64,000 nt of DNA from assembly GCA_025594325.1 (NCBI GenBank), contig JANHCV010000005.1, forward strand, positions 2,046,001-2,110,000. Reading direction: 5' to 3'. This document shows, one piece after another, positions 20,011 through 34,350 of this stretch (its first letter is position 1; the number at the start of each line of letters is the position of its first letter). This stretch comes from Blastocladiella emersonii ATCC 22665. Taxonomy: Eukaryota; Fungi; Blastocladiomycota. Under the pieces are notes generated by a model. The model did no database searches and had not been told where the DNA came from. It saw only the letters and a program-made list of their open reading frames with translations. A program made the position numbers and the translations under genes.

Positions 20011-21799
20011 ACCAAAGCGCCAGATATTCAAATCTACCGCTTTGTGCACACTCCACTAGCCAACTCTTCGATCCACTAATTATGGAGCCCGTCGTCAAAG
20101 TACACTGTCCAATCAACTAAGTAAACAGCCAACCTGCCAGCCTGCCAGCCTGCCAGCCTGCCAGCCTGCCAGCCTGCCAGCCTGCCAGCCTGCCAGCCTG
20201 CCAGCCTGCCAACCTGCCAACCTGCCAACCTGCCGCCTTGCCTACCTGCTATCCGAACACCCACACCGCCTCGCAAGTCATTGGGGGCCCGCGCTCTCTG
20301 GTTGCCGTCCCAGCCAACAAAGGAATGAATGATGAGCCCTGGCAGCCTGGCAGCCTGCCACACTGACAGCCTGACTGACAGCGCCCACCCAGTAGATATT
20401 ATCTATCTCGTAGGTAGTCTGGGAGGACTTCGTTAGTCAATACACGACCAGTCTCCTCCTGGCTGCCGGCTCTGCTGTCCACTCCAAGTCCTGCATGATG
20501 ATGGGCCAAGGAGGGTTCCGAGCAGCTCCTCTGTCTACCCGCGTGAAACCACTCACCCGCTGACGGATGTATACCACGCACCGTGCAGCGCGCACAGCAC
20601 ACAGCGCCCGACGCACCACGCGGTGCGCACACGGCGCAAACGGCCACCCTGGTGTCACACACACTCGCATGAACGGCAGGCATGCAAGGCGTCCGTCCTC
20701 AACTCAACAATGATTTATCATCCAGGCTTACTACTCGCTCCAACGGGTGCGCCTGCCTGCCCTCCCAGTGCCGTTGATTGATTGATGGGTGCGCCAGCCC
20801 CTGTTGCCAGCCACGTGGCAAGCAACACCTCAGCACCTGCGTCGCCCTGGCCACCGTCCGTACCTTGCAAACAGCGTAGCAGCCGTACTGCTTCACAGGG
20901 CTGCAGAGGGCTGGCTGCGGAGGGCTGAGGCGGCAGGGCTCCTCCTGCAGGAAGGAGACAGTGCTGGGGCCAAGGAGTGCTAGGGACGACAAACTGAATG
21001 GTGAATGACCAGACCAACACACCACATGCTCCTGGCAGGAGTGCGTGTGGGCGTGCGGGCCCGTGTCCGTGCGTGCCTGTGTCTGTGCGTGCCTGGATTA
21101 GACCTCCATCACAAGCGCCAAGTGACCAAGTGACCAAGTGACAAAGTGACCAAGGTGACCAAGGTGACCAAGGTGACCAAGGTGACCAGGGTGACCAAGG
21201 TGACCAAGTGACACACAAGCACCAAGCTAGGGTGGCCGGGCGGCCATGGACCGTACTGCATGGGTACCATTACCGTGGACTGGCCGCGGCCATTTATTGC
21301 AGCACAGCCCTGCCTGGCTCAGGACGCGGCGGGCGTGGGAGGCGGGCAGGGTAGATAGGTAGCAGCAGCAGGACCTGGCTAGCTGGCTGTCAAACAACAC
21401 GAGTGAAGGGGTGCGTGAGGGAGGGTGTGTTGAACGAATGGATGGGTGGATGCAGGCAGACCTTCATACGTGTCGTGCGTGATGAGGATTGGTTGGCCAC
21501 CATCCACCAACGCCATGGCATGGCTGCGGGTGTCGCTGCGTGCGCCTTGGCGGGTGGTGGTGTTGGTGGGTGGTGTTGGTGGGTGCTGTGGTGGTAGTGG
21601 AGCTAAAGTGGTGTTGTGGGGCTCCTGGGGTCCCCTTCCCTTCCTGTCTGGCCTAGGTGGGTGGGTGGGCGGACGTAGCGCGCATGCGGGCGGGCAAGGT
21701 AGGAACGTTGCTCACGCAATGGATCATGTATTTTATGGAACGTAGTCTGCACAGCAGAGAGGGGGACGTCCGGCCCAATCGGACCCTCCACGAATCACA

Positions 21800-23052
21800 C
21801 CGCGCCGCCGCCTCTGTTGCCGCCGCGGCCGCCGCTAAACGACCAATCGAATCTTCTACTACACCACCAACACCACCACCACCACCCGCTACGCTTTCTC
21901 CTGTCCATGGCGAGGACCTCAGCACTCCCGGCTACGCCATGGTCGGCGAGTCCGTTGCTGGCGCGACGCGGTCCCTTGCCTCGTTCGGCCGTCGCCTCCT
22001 CGCCTCCATCTGGCGCGACCCCGCCGCTCTGTCTCGCCTCGCCGGCTGCGTTGTACGCGCCCGCGACGTCGCCTTCGCCTCCCGCTCACTCCAACTCGAC
22101 CGCGACCTCGCTCGACCCGTCCTCGCGGCCATCACGTCCGTCGCCTCCCGATCCCTCTGGCGCGGCGCCTGGCTCTCTCACTCCGCTGGCTGCGCCGAGG
22201 CCGACCCACTCGATTCTTCTGAAGCTCCGCCGCGCGAGCCGCGTGAGCGGGCCCGCCGCCCATTTGGCCAGCCCATTGCCACACTCAAGTTCATCAACCG
22301 CCACCACTACTGCTCTCGCTGTCTGAGCTCGCTCCATTCCCACGTCCCCAACCCGTCTGGGCGTGAAGAAGACCCGCCAGTGTGCCCGCCGTCCACCGCG
22401 GCCCAAGCGGCTCTTGTTGCAGATCCCTCCGTCCGACTTTGGCTGCTCGGTTCCCCAAGGCACATTCGGTGATGTGACTAGACCAAGGATCGGCGCAGTC
22501 GACGCAAGTCCAGTAGCACCAGGTGTTTGCGCGCGGTACTGACCCATCCACTTTCTCTCGTTCTGACGACGATGAAACGCATGATCCGCCACTGAATGGC
22601 GCTGACGCACAAAAGAAAACGAAGGAGAAAAACAAAAAGAAAAGAAACGCAAAAAGAAGAATGTCCGCACAAAAAGATGGAAAAACATCTGACGAACCTC
22701 ACAGGCCATGCCCAAGACCACAGCACTGCCACTGGTCCATTGGCATGTCCTCGCGCTCTAGTTGGTCACGCCAGCTTGTCTCTCTGCTCGGTCTCTCTTT
22801 ACTGCGTTTCGTTCGCTCTCTTAGCTCGCTGCTCGAGCTCGCTCTCTCTTCGCCTCGTTCGCCCATCTCTCTCGTACTCCCCTCTCCTCCCACAATTCTT
22901 CCCCCTATGCTCCTCGACGTGCACGGTCCGGGCTTGTCGTACTGCGGCTTGCCCACAAAAGGGCTGCTGCCCGTTGCACAGTGGATATTCTGCTTGCAGT
23001 TCACAACCGCTGTTAAGGAATAAATGCATTGGTTCCAAAAAAAAAAAAGAAA
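21800..23052 (+). mobile_element. LINE copy B in unit 2
   Basis: Same TSD and sequence as 17649-18900; tail A12. Confidence 0.9.
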
Positions 23053-23124
23053 CCCTCCACGAATCACAATATGCGCGCAATGAATTGACCGATGATATGG
23101 CCGTACCAAACCAGCCACGTAGAC

Positions 23125-24162
23125 AATTGTCATGGTAGTCGAACAAAACCATATTCAAATCTTGGACTACCCGCTTGTCCAGCTAGCCAGGGACCCATAA
23201 ATCACAGTATCGACCCAACTAAATATTTGACAGCAGAAATATAGTAAACCAACCTCGTACAAAATTGTCATGGTACTCAAACAAAACCATATTCAAAACC
23301 TTGACTTCCCGCATATCCAGCTGGCCAGGGACCCATAAATCACAGTATGGAACCAACAAAGTATCTGACAACAGAAATATGGTAAAACAGCTACGCGGAT
23401 AATTGTCATGGTACTCAATCAAAACCATACTCAAACCTTTGCTTTCCTGCATGTCCAGCTGGCCACTGACCCATAAATCACAGTATCGGACCAAGAAAAT
23501 ATCTGACCATGGAAATATAGTATACCAGCCACCTAGGTAATTGTCATGGCACTCAAACAAAACCATAGTCAAGTCTTTGACTATCCACATGTCCAGCTGA
23601 TTGAGGACCCATGAATCGTAACGTCAAAGCAACAATATATCTCACCATGGAAGTAAAGTAAACCAGCCACTCTGGCAATTGTCATGGTACTCAAACAAAA
23701 CCATACTCAAATCTATGACTTCCCACATGTCCAGCAGGTTGGACACCCATAAATCACAGTATCAAACCAACAAAATATCAGACCACAGGAGTATATAAAA
23801 GCGACCACGTAGGTAATTGTCTTGGTACTCAAACAAAACCATATTCAAATCTTTCAATTCCCGCTTGTCCAGCTAGCCAGGGACCCATAAATCACAGGAT
23901 CACAGCAACAAAGTATCTGACAACAGAAATATGGTACACCAGCCACGTAGATAATTGTCATGGTACTCAAACAAAACCATACTCAAATCTTCGAGTGCCC
24001 CATGTCCAGGTGGGCAAGGGCCTATAAATCACAGTATTGAACCAAGAAAATACCTGACGATCGGGATGTATCAAACCCGCCACGCTGATAATTGTCGTGG
24101 TACTCAAACATAACCATACTCAGCCAAATCTTTGAATACCCTCACGTCCAGGTGGGCAAGGA
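23125..24162. repeat. 138-bp satellite 8-mer array
   Basis: Near-identical copy of 18973-20010. Confidence 0.95.
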
Positions 24163-25927
24163 ACCAAAGCGCCAGATATTCAAATCTACCGCTTTGTGCA
24201 CACTCCACTAGCCAACTCTTCGATCCACTAATTATGGAGCCCGTCGTCAAAGTACACTGTCCAATCAACTAAGTAAACAGCCAACCTGCCAGCCTGCCAG
24301 CCTGCCAGCCTGCCAGCCTGCCAGCCTGCCAGCCTGCCAACCTGCCAACCTGCCAACCTGCCGCCTTGCCTACCTGCTATCCGAACACCCACACCGCCTC
24401 GCAAGTCATTGGGGGCCCGCGCTCTCTGGTTGCCGTCCCAGCCAACAAAGGAATGAATGATGAGCCCTGGCAGCCTGGCAGCCTGCCACACTGACAGCCT
24501 GACTGACAGCGCCCACCCAGTAGATATTATCTATCTCGTAGGTAGTCTGGGAGGACTTCGTTAGTCAATACACGACCAGTCTCCTCCTGGCTGCCGGCTC
24601 TGCTGTCCACTCCAAGTCCTGCATGATGATGGGCCAAGGAGGGTTCCGAGCAGCTCCTCTGTCTACCCGCGTGAAACCACTCACCCGCTGACGGATGTAT
24701 ACCACGCACCGTGCAGCGCGCACAGCACACAGCGCCCGACGCACCACGCGGTGCGCACACGGCGCAAACGGCCACCCTGGTGTCACACACACTCGCATGA
24801 ACGGCAGGCATGCAAGGCGTCCGTCCTCAACTCAACAATGATTTATCATCCAGGCTTACTACTCGCTCCAACGGGTGCGCCTGCCTGCCCTCCCAGTGCC
24901 GTTGATTGATTGATGGGTGCGCCAGCCCCTGTTGCCAGCCACGTGGCAAGCAACACCTCAGCACCTGCGTCGCCCTGGCCACCGTCCGTACCTTGCAAAC
25001 AGCGTAGCAGCCGTACTGCTTCACAGGGCTGCAGAGGGCTGGCTGCGGAGGGCTGAGGCGGCAGGGCTCCTCCTGCAGGAAGGAGACAGTGCTGGGGCCA
25101 AGGAGTGCTAGGGACGACAAACTGAATGGTGAATGACCAGACCAACACACCACATGCTCCTGGCAGGAGTGCGTGTGGGCGTGCGGGCCCGTGTCCGTGC
25201 GTGCCTGTGTCTGTGCGTGCCTGGATTAGACCTCCATCACAAGCGCCAAGTGACCAAGTGACCAAGTGACAAAGTGACCAAGGTGACCAAGGTGACCAAG
25301 GTGACCAAGGTGACCAGGGTGACCAAGGTGACCAAGTGACACACAAGCACCAAGCTAGGGTGGCCGGGCGGCCATGGACCGTACTGCATGGGTACCATTA
25401 CCGTGGACTGGCCGCGGCCATTTATTGCAGCACAGCCCTGCCTGGCTCAGGACGCGGCGGGCGTGGGAGGCGGGCAGGGTAGATAGGTAGCAGCAGCAGG
25501 ACCTGGCTAGCTGGCTGTCAAACAACACGAGTGAAGGGGTGCGTGAGGGAGGGTGTGTTGAACGAATGGATGGGTGGATGCAGGCAGACCTTCATACGTG
25601 TCGTGCGTGATGAGGATTGGTTGGCCACCATCCACCAACGCCATGGCATGGCTGCGGGTGTCGCTGCGTGCGCCTTGGCGGGTGGTGGTGTTGGTGGGTG
25701 GTGTTGGTGGGTGCTGTGGTGGTAGTGGAGCTAAAGTGGTGTTGTGGGGCTCCTGGGGTCCCCTTCCCTTCCTGTCTGGCCTAGGTGGGTGGGTGGGCGG
25801 ACGTAGCGCGCATGCGGGCGGGCAAGGTAGGAACGTTGCTCACGCAATGGATCATGTATTTTATGGAACGTAGTCTGCACAGCAGAGAGGGGGACGTCCG
25901 GCCCAATCGGACCCTCCACGAATCACA

Positions 25928-27180
25928 CCGCGCCGCCGCCTCTGTTGCCGCCGCGGCCGCCGCTAAACGACCAATCGAATCTTCTACTACACCACCAACA
26001 CCACCACCACCACCCGCTACGCTTTCTCCTGTCCATGGCGAGGACCTCAGCACTCCCGGCTACGCCATGGTCGGCGAGTCCGTTGCTGGCGCGACGCGGT
26101 CCCTTGCCTCGTTCGGCCGTCGCCTCCTCGCCTCCATCTGGCGCGACCCCGCCGCTCTGTCTCGCCTCGCCGGCTGCGTTGTACGCGCCCGCGACGTCGC
26201 CTTCGCCTCCCGCTCACTCCAACTCGACCGCGACCTCGCTCGACCCGTCCTCGCGGCCATCACGTCCGTCGCCTCCCGATCCCTCTGGCGCGGCGCCTGG
26301 CTCTCTCACTCCGCTGGCTGCGCCGAGGCCGACCCACTCGATTCTTCTGAAGCTCCGCCGCGCGAGCCGCGTGAGCGGGCCCGCCGCCCATTTGGCCAGC
26401 CCATTGCCACACTCAAGTTCATCAACCGCCACCACTACTGCTCTCGCTGTCTGAGCTCGCTCCATTCCCACGTCCCCAACCCGTCTGGGCGTGAAGAAGA
26501 CCCGCCAGTGTGCCCGCCGTCCACCGCGGCCCAAGCGGCTCTTGTTGCAGATCCCTCCGTCCGACTTTGGCTGCTCGGTTCCCCAAGGCACATTCGGTGA
26601 TGTGACTAGACCAAGGATCGGCGCAGTCGACGCAAGTCCAGTAGCACCAGGTGTTTGCGCGCGGTACTGACCCATCCACTTTCTCTCGTTCTGACGACGA
26701 TGAAACGCATGATCCGCCACTGAATGGCGCTGACGCACAAAAGAAAACGAAGGAGAAAAACAAAAAGAAAAGAAACGCAAAAAGAAGAATGTCCGCACAA
26801 AAAGATGGAAAAACATCTGACGAACCTCACAGGCCATGCCCAAGACCACAGCACTGCCACTGGTCCATTGGCATGTCCTCGCGCTCTAGTTGGTCACGCC
26901 AGCTTGTCTCTCTGCTCGGTCTCTCTTTACTGCGTTTCGTTCGCTCTCTTAGCTCGCTGCTCGAGCTCGCTCTCTCTTCGCCTCGTTCGCCCATCTCTCT
27001 CGTACTCCCCTCTCCTCCCACAATTCTTCCCCCTATGCTCCTCGACGTGCACGGTCCGGGCTTGTCGTACTGCGGCTTGCCCACAAAAGGGCTGCTGCCC
27101 GTTGCACAGTGGATATTCTGCTTGCAGTTCACAACCGCTGTTAAGGAATAAATGCATTGGTTCCAAAAAAAAAAAAGAAA
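25928..27180 (+). mobile_element. LINE copy B in unit 3
   Basis: Same TSD; tail A12. Confidence 0.9.
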
Positions 27181-27252
27181 CCCTCCACGAATCACAATAT
27201 GCGCGCAATGAATTGACCGATGATATGGCCGTACCAAACCAGCCACGTAGAC

Positions 27253-28290
27253 AATTGTCATGGTAGTCGAACAAAACCATATTCAAATCTTGGACTACCC
27301 GCTTGTCCAGCTAGCCAGGGACCCATAAATCACAGTATCGACCCAACTAAATATTTGACAGCAGAAATATAGTAAACCAACCTCGTACAAAATTGTCATG
27401 GTACTCAAACAAAACCATATTCAAAACCTTGACTTCCCGCATATCCAGCTGGCCAGGGACCCATAAATCACAGTATGGAACCAACAAAGTATCTGACAAC
27501 AGAAATATGGTAAAACAGCTACGCGGATAATTGTCATGGTACTCAATCAAAACCATACTCAAACCTTTGCTTTCCTGCATGTCCAGCTGGCCACTGACCC
27601 ATAAATCACAGTATCGGACCAAGAAAATATCTGACCATGGAAATATAGTATACCAGCCACCTAGGTAATTGTCATGGCACTCAAACAAAACCATAGTCAA
27701 GTCTTTGACTATCCACATGTCCAGCTGATTGAGGACCCATGAATCGTAACGTCAAAGCAACAATATATCTCACCATGGAAGTATAGTAAACCAGCCACTC
27801 TGGCAATTGTCATGGTACTCAAACAAAACCATACTCAAATCTATGACTTCCCACATGTCCAGCAGGTTGGACACCCATAAATCACAGTATCAAACCAACA
27901 AAATATCAGACCACAGGAGTATATAAAAGCGACCACGTAGGTAATTGTCTTGGTACTCAAACAAAACCATATTCAAATCTTTCAATTCCCGCTTGTCCAG
28001 CTAGCCAGGGACCCATAAATCACAGGATCACAGCAACAAAGTATCTGACAACAGAAATATGGTACACCAGCCACGTAGATAATTGTCATGGTACTCAAAC
28101 AAAACCATACTCAAATCTTCGAGTGCCCCATGTCCAGGTGGGCAAGGGCCTATAAATCACAGTATTGAACCAAGAAAATACCTGACGATCGGGATGTATC
28201 AAACCCGCCACGCTGATACTTGTCGTGGTACTCAAACATAACCATACTCAGCCAAATCTTTGAATACCCTCACGTCCAGGTGGGCAAGGA
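27253..28290. repeat. 138-bp satellite 8-mer array
   Basis: Near-identical copy; carries the variants T27784 and C28219. Confidence 0.95.
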
Positions 28291-30199
28291 ACCAAAGCGC
28301 CAGATATTCAAATCTACCGCTTTGTGCACACTCCACTAGCCAACTCTTCGATCCACTAATTATGGAGCCCGTCGTCAAAGTACACTGTCCAATCAACTAA
28401 GTAAACAGCCAACCTGCCAGCCTGCCAGCCTGCCAGCCTGCCAGCCTGCCAACCTGCCAGCCTGCCAGCCTGCCAGCCTGCCAGCCTGCCAGCCTGCCAG
28501 CCTGCCAGCCTGCCAGCCTGCCAGCCTGCCAGCCTGCCAGCCTGCCAGCCTGCCAGCCTGCCAGCCTGCCAGCCTGCCAGCCTGCCAGCCTGCCAGCCTG
28601 CCAGCCTGCCAACCTGCCAACCTGCCAACCTGCCGCCTTGCCTACCTGCTATCCGAACACCCACACCGCCTCGCAAGTCATTGGGGGCCCGCGCTCTCTG
28701 GTTGCCGTCCCAGCCAACAAAGGAATGAATGATGAGCCCTGGCAGCCTGGCAGCCTGCCACACTGACAGCCTGACTGACAGCGCCCACCCAGTAGATATT
28801 ATCTATCTCGTAGGTAGTCTGGGAGGACTTCGTTAGTCAATACACGACCAGTCTCCTCCTGGCTGCCGGCTCTGCTGTCCACTCCAAGTCCTGCATGATG
28901 ATGGGCCAAGGAGGGTTCCGAGCAGCTCCTCTGTCTACCCGCGTGAAACCACTCACCCGCTGACGGATGTATACCACGCACCGTGCAGCGCGCACAGCAC
29001 ACAGCGCCCGACGCACCACGCGGTGCGCACACGGCGCAAACGGCCACCCTGGTGTCACACACACTCGCATGAACGGCAGGCATGCAAGGCGTCCGTCCTC
29101 AACTCAACAATGATTTATCATCCAGGCTTACTACTCGCTCCAACGGGTGCGCCTGCCTGCCCTCCCAGTGCCGTTGATTGATTGATGGGTGCGCCAGCCC
29201 CTGTTGCCAGCCACGTGGCAAGCAACACCTCAGCACCTGCGTCGCCCTGGCCACCGTCCGTACCTTGCAAACAGCGTAGCAGCCGTACTGCTTCACAGGG
29301 CTGCAGAGGGCTGGCTGCGGAGGGCTGAGGCGGCAGGGCTCCTCCTGCAGGAAGGAGACAGTGCTGGGGCCAAGGAGTGCTAGGGACGACAAACTGAATG
29401 GTGAATGACCAGACCAACACACCACATGCTCCTGGCAGGAGTGCGTGTGGGCGTGCGGGCCCGTGTCCGTGCGTGCCTGTGTCTGTGCGTGCCTGGATTA
29501 GACCTCCATCACAAGCGCCAAGTGACCAAGTGACCAAGTGACAAAGTGACCAAGGTGACCAAGGTGACCAAGGTGACCAAGGTGACCAGGGTGACCAAGG
29601 TGACCAAGTGACACACAAGCACCAAGCTAGGGTGGCCGGGCGGCCATGGACCGTACTGCATGGGTACCATTACCGTGGACTGGCCGCGGCCATTTATTGC
29701 AGCACAGCCCTGCCTGGCTCAGGACGCGGCGGGCGTGGGAGGCGGGCAGGGTAGATAGGTAGCAGCAGCAGGACCTGGCTAGCTGGCTGTCAAACAACAC
29801 GAGTGAAGGGGTGCGTGAGGGAGGGTGTGTTGAACGAATGGATGGGTGGATGCAGGCAGACCTTCATACGTGTCGTGCGTGATGAGGATTGGTTGGCCAC
29901 CATCCACCAACGCCATGGCATGGCTGCGGGTGTCGCTGCGTGCGCCTTGGCGGGTGGTGGTGTTGGTGGGTGGTGTTGGTGGGTGCTGTGGTGGTAGTGG
30001 AGCTAAAGTGGTGTTGTGGGGCTCCTGGGGTCCCCTTCCCTTCCTGTCTGGCCTAGGTGGGTGGGTGGGCGGACGTAGCGCGCATGCGGGCGGGCAAGGT
30101 AGGAACGTTGCTCACGCAATGGATCATGTATTTTATGGAACGTAGTCTGCACAGCAGAGAGGGGGACGTCCGGCCCAATCGGACCCTCCACGAATCACA

Positions 30200-31451
30200 C
30201 CGCGCCGCCGCCTCTGTTGCCGCCGCGGCCGCCGCTAAACGACCAATCGAATCTTCTACTACACCACCAACACCACCACCACCACCCGCTACGCTTTCTC
30301 CTGTCCATGGCGAGGACCTCAGCACTCCCGGCTACGCCATGGTCGGCGAGTCCGTTGCTGGCGCGACGCGGTCCCTTGCCTCGTTCGGCCGTCGCCTCCT
30401 CGCCTCCATCTGGCGCGACCCCGCCGCTCTGTCTCGCCTCGCCGGCTGCGTTGTACGCGCCCGCGACGTCGCCTTCGCCTCCCGCTCACTCCAACTCGAC
30501 CGCGACCTCGCTCGACCCGTCCTCGCGGCCATCACGTCCGTCGCCTCCCGATCCCTCTGGCGCGGCGCCTGGCTCTCTCACTCCGCTGGCTGCGCCGAGG
30601 CCGACCCACTCGATTCTTCTGAAGCTCCGCCGCGCGAGCCGCGTGAGCGGGCCCGCCGCCCATTTGGCCAGCCCATTGCCACACTCAAGTTCATCAACCG
30701 CCACCACTACTGCTCTCGCTGTCTGAGCTCGCTCCATTCCCACGTCCCCAACCCGTCTGGGCGTGAAGAAGACCCGCCAGTGTGCCCGCCGTCCACCGCG
30801 GCCCAAGCGGCTCTTGTTGCAGATCCCTCCGTCCGACTTTGGCTGCTCGGTTCCCCAAGGCACATTCGGTGATGTGACTAGACCAAGGATCGGCGCAGTC
30901 GACGCAAGTCCAGTAGCACCAGGTGTTTGCGCGCGGTACTGACCCATCCACTTTCTCTCGTTCTGACGACGATGAAACGCATGATCCGCCACTGAATGGC
31001 GCTGACGCACAAAAGAAAACGAAGGAGAAAAACAAAAAGAAAAGAAACGCAAAAAGAAGAATGTCCGCACAAAAAGATGGAAAAACATCTGACGAACCTC
31101 ACAGGCCATGCCCAAGACCACAGCACTGCCACTGGTCCATTGGCATGTCCTCGCGCTCTAGTTGGTCACGCCAGCTTGTCTCTCTGCTCGGTCTCTCTTT
31201 ACTGCGTTTCGTTCGCTCTCTTAGCTCGCTGCTCGAGCTCGCTCTCTCTTCGCCTCGTTCGCCCATCTCTCTCGTACTCCCCTCTCCTCCCACAATTCTT
31301 CCCCCTATGCTCCTCGACGTGCACGGTCCGGGCTTGTCGTACTGCGGCTTGCCCACAAAAGGGCTGCTGCCCGTTGCACAGTGGATATTCTGCTTGCAGT
31401 TCACAACCGCTGTTAAGGAATAAATGCATTGGTTCCAAAAAAAAAAAGAAA
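30200..31451 (+). mobile_element. LINE copy B in unit 4
   Basis: Same TSD; tail A11. Confidence 0.9.
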
Positions 31452-31523
31452 CCCTCCACGAATCACAATATGCGCGCAATGAATTGACCGATGATATGGC
31501 CGTACCAAACCAGCCACGTAGAC

Positions 31524-32561
31524 AATTGTCATGGTAGTCGAACAAAACCATATTCAAATCTTGGACTACCCGCTTGTCCAGCTAGCCAGGGACCCATAAA
31601 TCACAGTATCGACCCAACTAAATATTTGACAGCAGAAATATAGTAAACCAACCTCGTACAAAATTGTCATGGTACTCAAACAAAACCATATTCAAAACCT
31701 TGACTTCCCGCATATCCAGCTGGCCAGGGACCCATAAATCACAGTATGGAACCAACAAAGTATCTGACAACAGAAATATGGTAAAACAGCTACGCGGATA
31801 ATTGTCATGGTACTCAATCAAAACCATACTCAAACCTTTGCTTTCCTGCATGTCCAGCTGGCCACTGACCCATAAATCACAGTATCGGACCAAGAAAATA
31901 TCTGACCATGGAAATATAGTATACCAGCCACCTAGGTAATTGTCATGGCACTCAAACAAAACCATAGTCAAGTCTTTGACTATCCACATGTCCAGCTGAT
32001 TGAGGACCCATGAATCGTAACGTCAAAGCAACAATATATCTCACCATGGAAGTAAAGTAAACCAGCCACTCTGGCAATTGTCATGGTACTCAAACAAAAC
32101 CATACTCAAATCTATGACTTCCCACATGTCCAGCAGGTTGGACACCCATAAATCACAGTATCAAACCAACAAAATATCAGACCACAGGAGTATATAAAAG
32201 CGACCACGTAGGTAATTGTCTTGGTACTCAAACAAAACCATATTCAAATCTTTCAATTCCCGCTTGTCCAGCTAGCCAGGGACCCATAAATCACAGGATC
32301 ACAGCAACAAAGTATCTGACAACAGAAATATGGTACACCAGCCACGTAGATAATTGTCATGGTACTCAAACAAAACCATACTCAAATCTTCGAGTGCCCC
32401 ATGTCCAGGTGGGCAAGGGCCTATAAATCACAGTATTGAACCAAGAAAATACCTGACGATCGGGATGTATCAAACCCGCCACGCTGATAATTGTCGTGGT
32501 ACTCAAACATAACCATACTCAGCCAAATCTTTGAATACCCTCACGTCCAGGTGGGCAAGGA
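31524..32561. repeat. 138-bp satellite 8-mer array
   Basis: Near-identical copy. Confidence 0.95.
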
Positions 32562-34350
32562 ACCAAAGCGCCAGATATTCAAATCTACCGCTTTGTGCAC
32601 ACTCCACTAGCCAACTCTTCGATCCACTAATTATGGAGCCCGTCGTCAAAGTACACTGTCCAATCAACTAAGTAAACAGCCAACCTGCCAGCCTGCCAGC
32701 CTGCCAGCCTGCCAGCCTGCCAGCCTGCCAGCCTGCCAGCCTGCCAGCCTGCCAGCCTGCCAACCTGCCAACCTGCCAACCTGCCGCCTTGCCTACCTGC
32801 TATCCGAACACCCACACCGCCTCGCAAGTCATTGGGGGCCCGCGCTCTCTGGTTGCCGTCCCAGCCAACAAAGGAATGAATGATGAGCCCTGGCAGCCTG
32901 GCAGCCTGCCACACTGACAGCCTGACTGACAGCGCCCACCCAGTAGATATTATCTATCTCGTAGGTAGTCTGGGAGGACTTCGTTAGTCAATACACGACC
33001 AGTCTCCTCCTGGCTGCCGGCTCTGCTGTCCACTCCAAGTCCTGCATGATGATGGGCCAAGGAGGGTTCCGAGCAGCTCCTCTGTCTACCCGCGTGAAAC
33101 CACTCACCCGCTGACGGATGTATACCACGCACCGTGCAGCGCGCACAGCACACAGCGCCCGACGCACCACGCGGTGCGCACACGGCGCAAACGGCCACCC
33201 TGGTGTCACACACACTCGCATGAACGGCAGGCATGCAAGGCGTCCGTCCTCAACTCAACAATGATTTATCATCCAGGCTTACTACTCGCTCCAACGGGTG
33301 CGCCTGCCTGCCCTCCCAGTGCCGTTGATTGATTGATGGGTGCGCCAGCCCCTGTTGCCAGCCACGTGGCAAGCAACACCTCAGCACCTGCGTCGCCCTG
33401 GCCACCGTCCGTACCTTGCAAACAGCGTAGCAGCCGTACTGCTTCACAGGGCTGCAGAGGGCTGGCTGCGGAGGGCTGAGGCGGCAGGGCTCCTCCTGCA
33501 GGAAGGAGACAGTGCTGGGGCCAAGGAGTGCTAGGGACGACAAACTGAATGGTGAATGACCAGACCAACACACCACATGCTCCTGGCAGGAGTGCGTGTG
33601 GGCGTGCGGGCCCGTGTCCGTGCGTGCCTGTGTCTGTGCGTGCCTGGATTAGACCTCCATCACAAGCGCCAAGTGACCAAGTGACCAAGTGACAAAGTGA
33701 CCAAGGTGACCAAGGTGACCAAGGTGACCAAGGTGACCAGGGTGACCAAGGTGACCAAGTGACACACAAGCACCAAGCTAGGGTGGCCGGGCGGCCATGG
33801 ACCGTACTGCATGGGTACCATTACCGTGGACTGGCCGCGGCCATTTATTGCAGCACAGCCCTGCCTGGCTCAGGACGCGGCGGGCGTGGGAGGCGGGCAG
33901 GGTAGATAGGTAGCAGCAGCAGGACCTGGCTAGCTGGCTGTCAAACAACACGAGTGAAGGGGTGCGTGAGGGAGGGTGTGTTGAACGAATGGATGGGTGG
34001 ATGCAGGCAGACCTTCATACGTGTCGTGCGTGATGAGGATTGGTTGGCCACCATCCACCAACGCCATGGCATGGCTGCGGGTGTCGCTGCGTGCGCCTTG
34101 GCGGGTGGTGGTGTTGGTGGGTGGTGTTGGTGGGTGCTGTGGTGGTAGTGGAGCTAAAGTGGTGTTGTGGGGCTCCTGGGGTCCCCTTCCCTTCCTGTCT
34201 GGCCTAGGTGGGTGGGTGGGCGGACGTAGCGCGCATGCGGGCGGGCAAGGTAGGAACGTTGCTCACGCAATGGATCATGTATTTTATGGAACGTAGTCTG
34301 CACAGCAGAGAGGGGGATGTCCGGCCCAATCGGACCCTCCACGAATCACA

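Noticed and set aside
15365-21800. 5S rRNA, tRNA, U snRNA or spliced-leader gene within the unit
   Set aside because: No recognisable A/B/C boxes, T-loop GTTCGA, U1/U2/U6 signature or conserved Sm site was found by eye on either strand. An Infernal/Rfam scan would be decisive.
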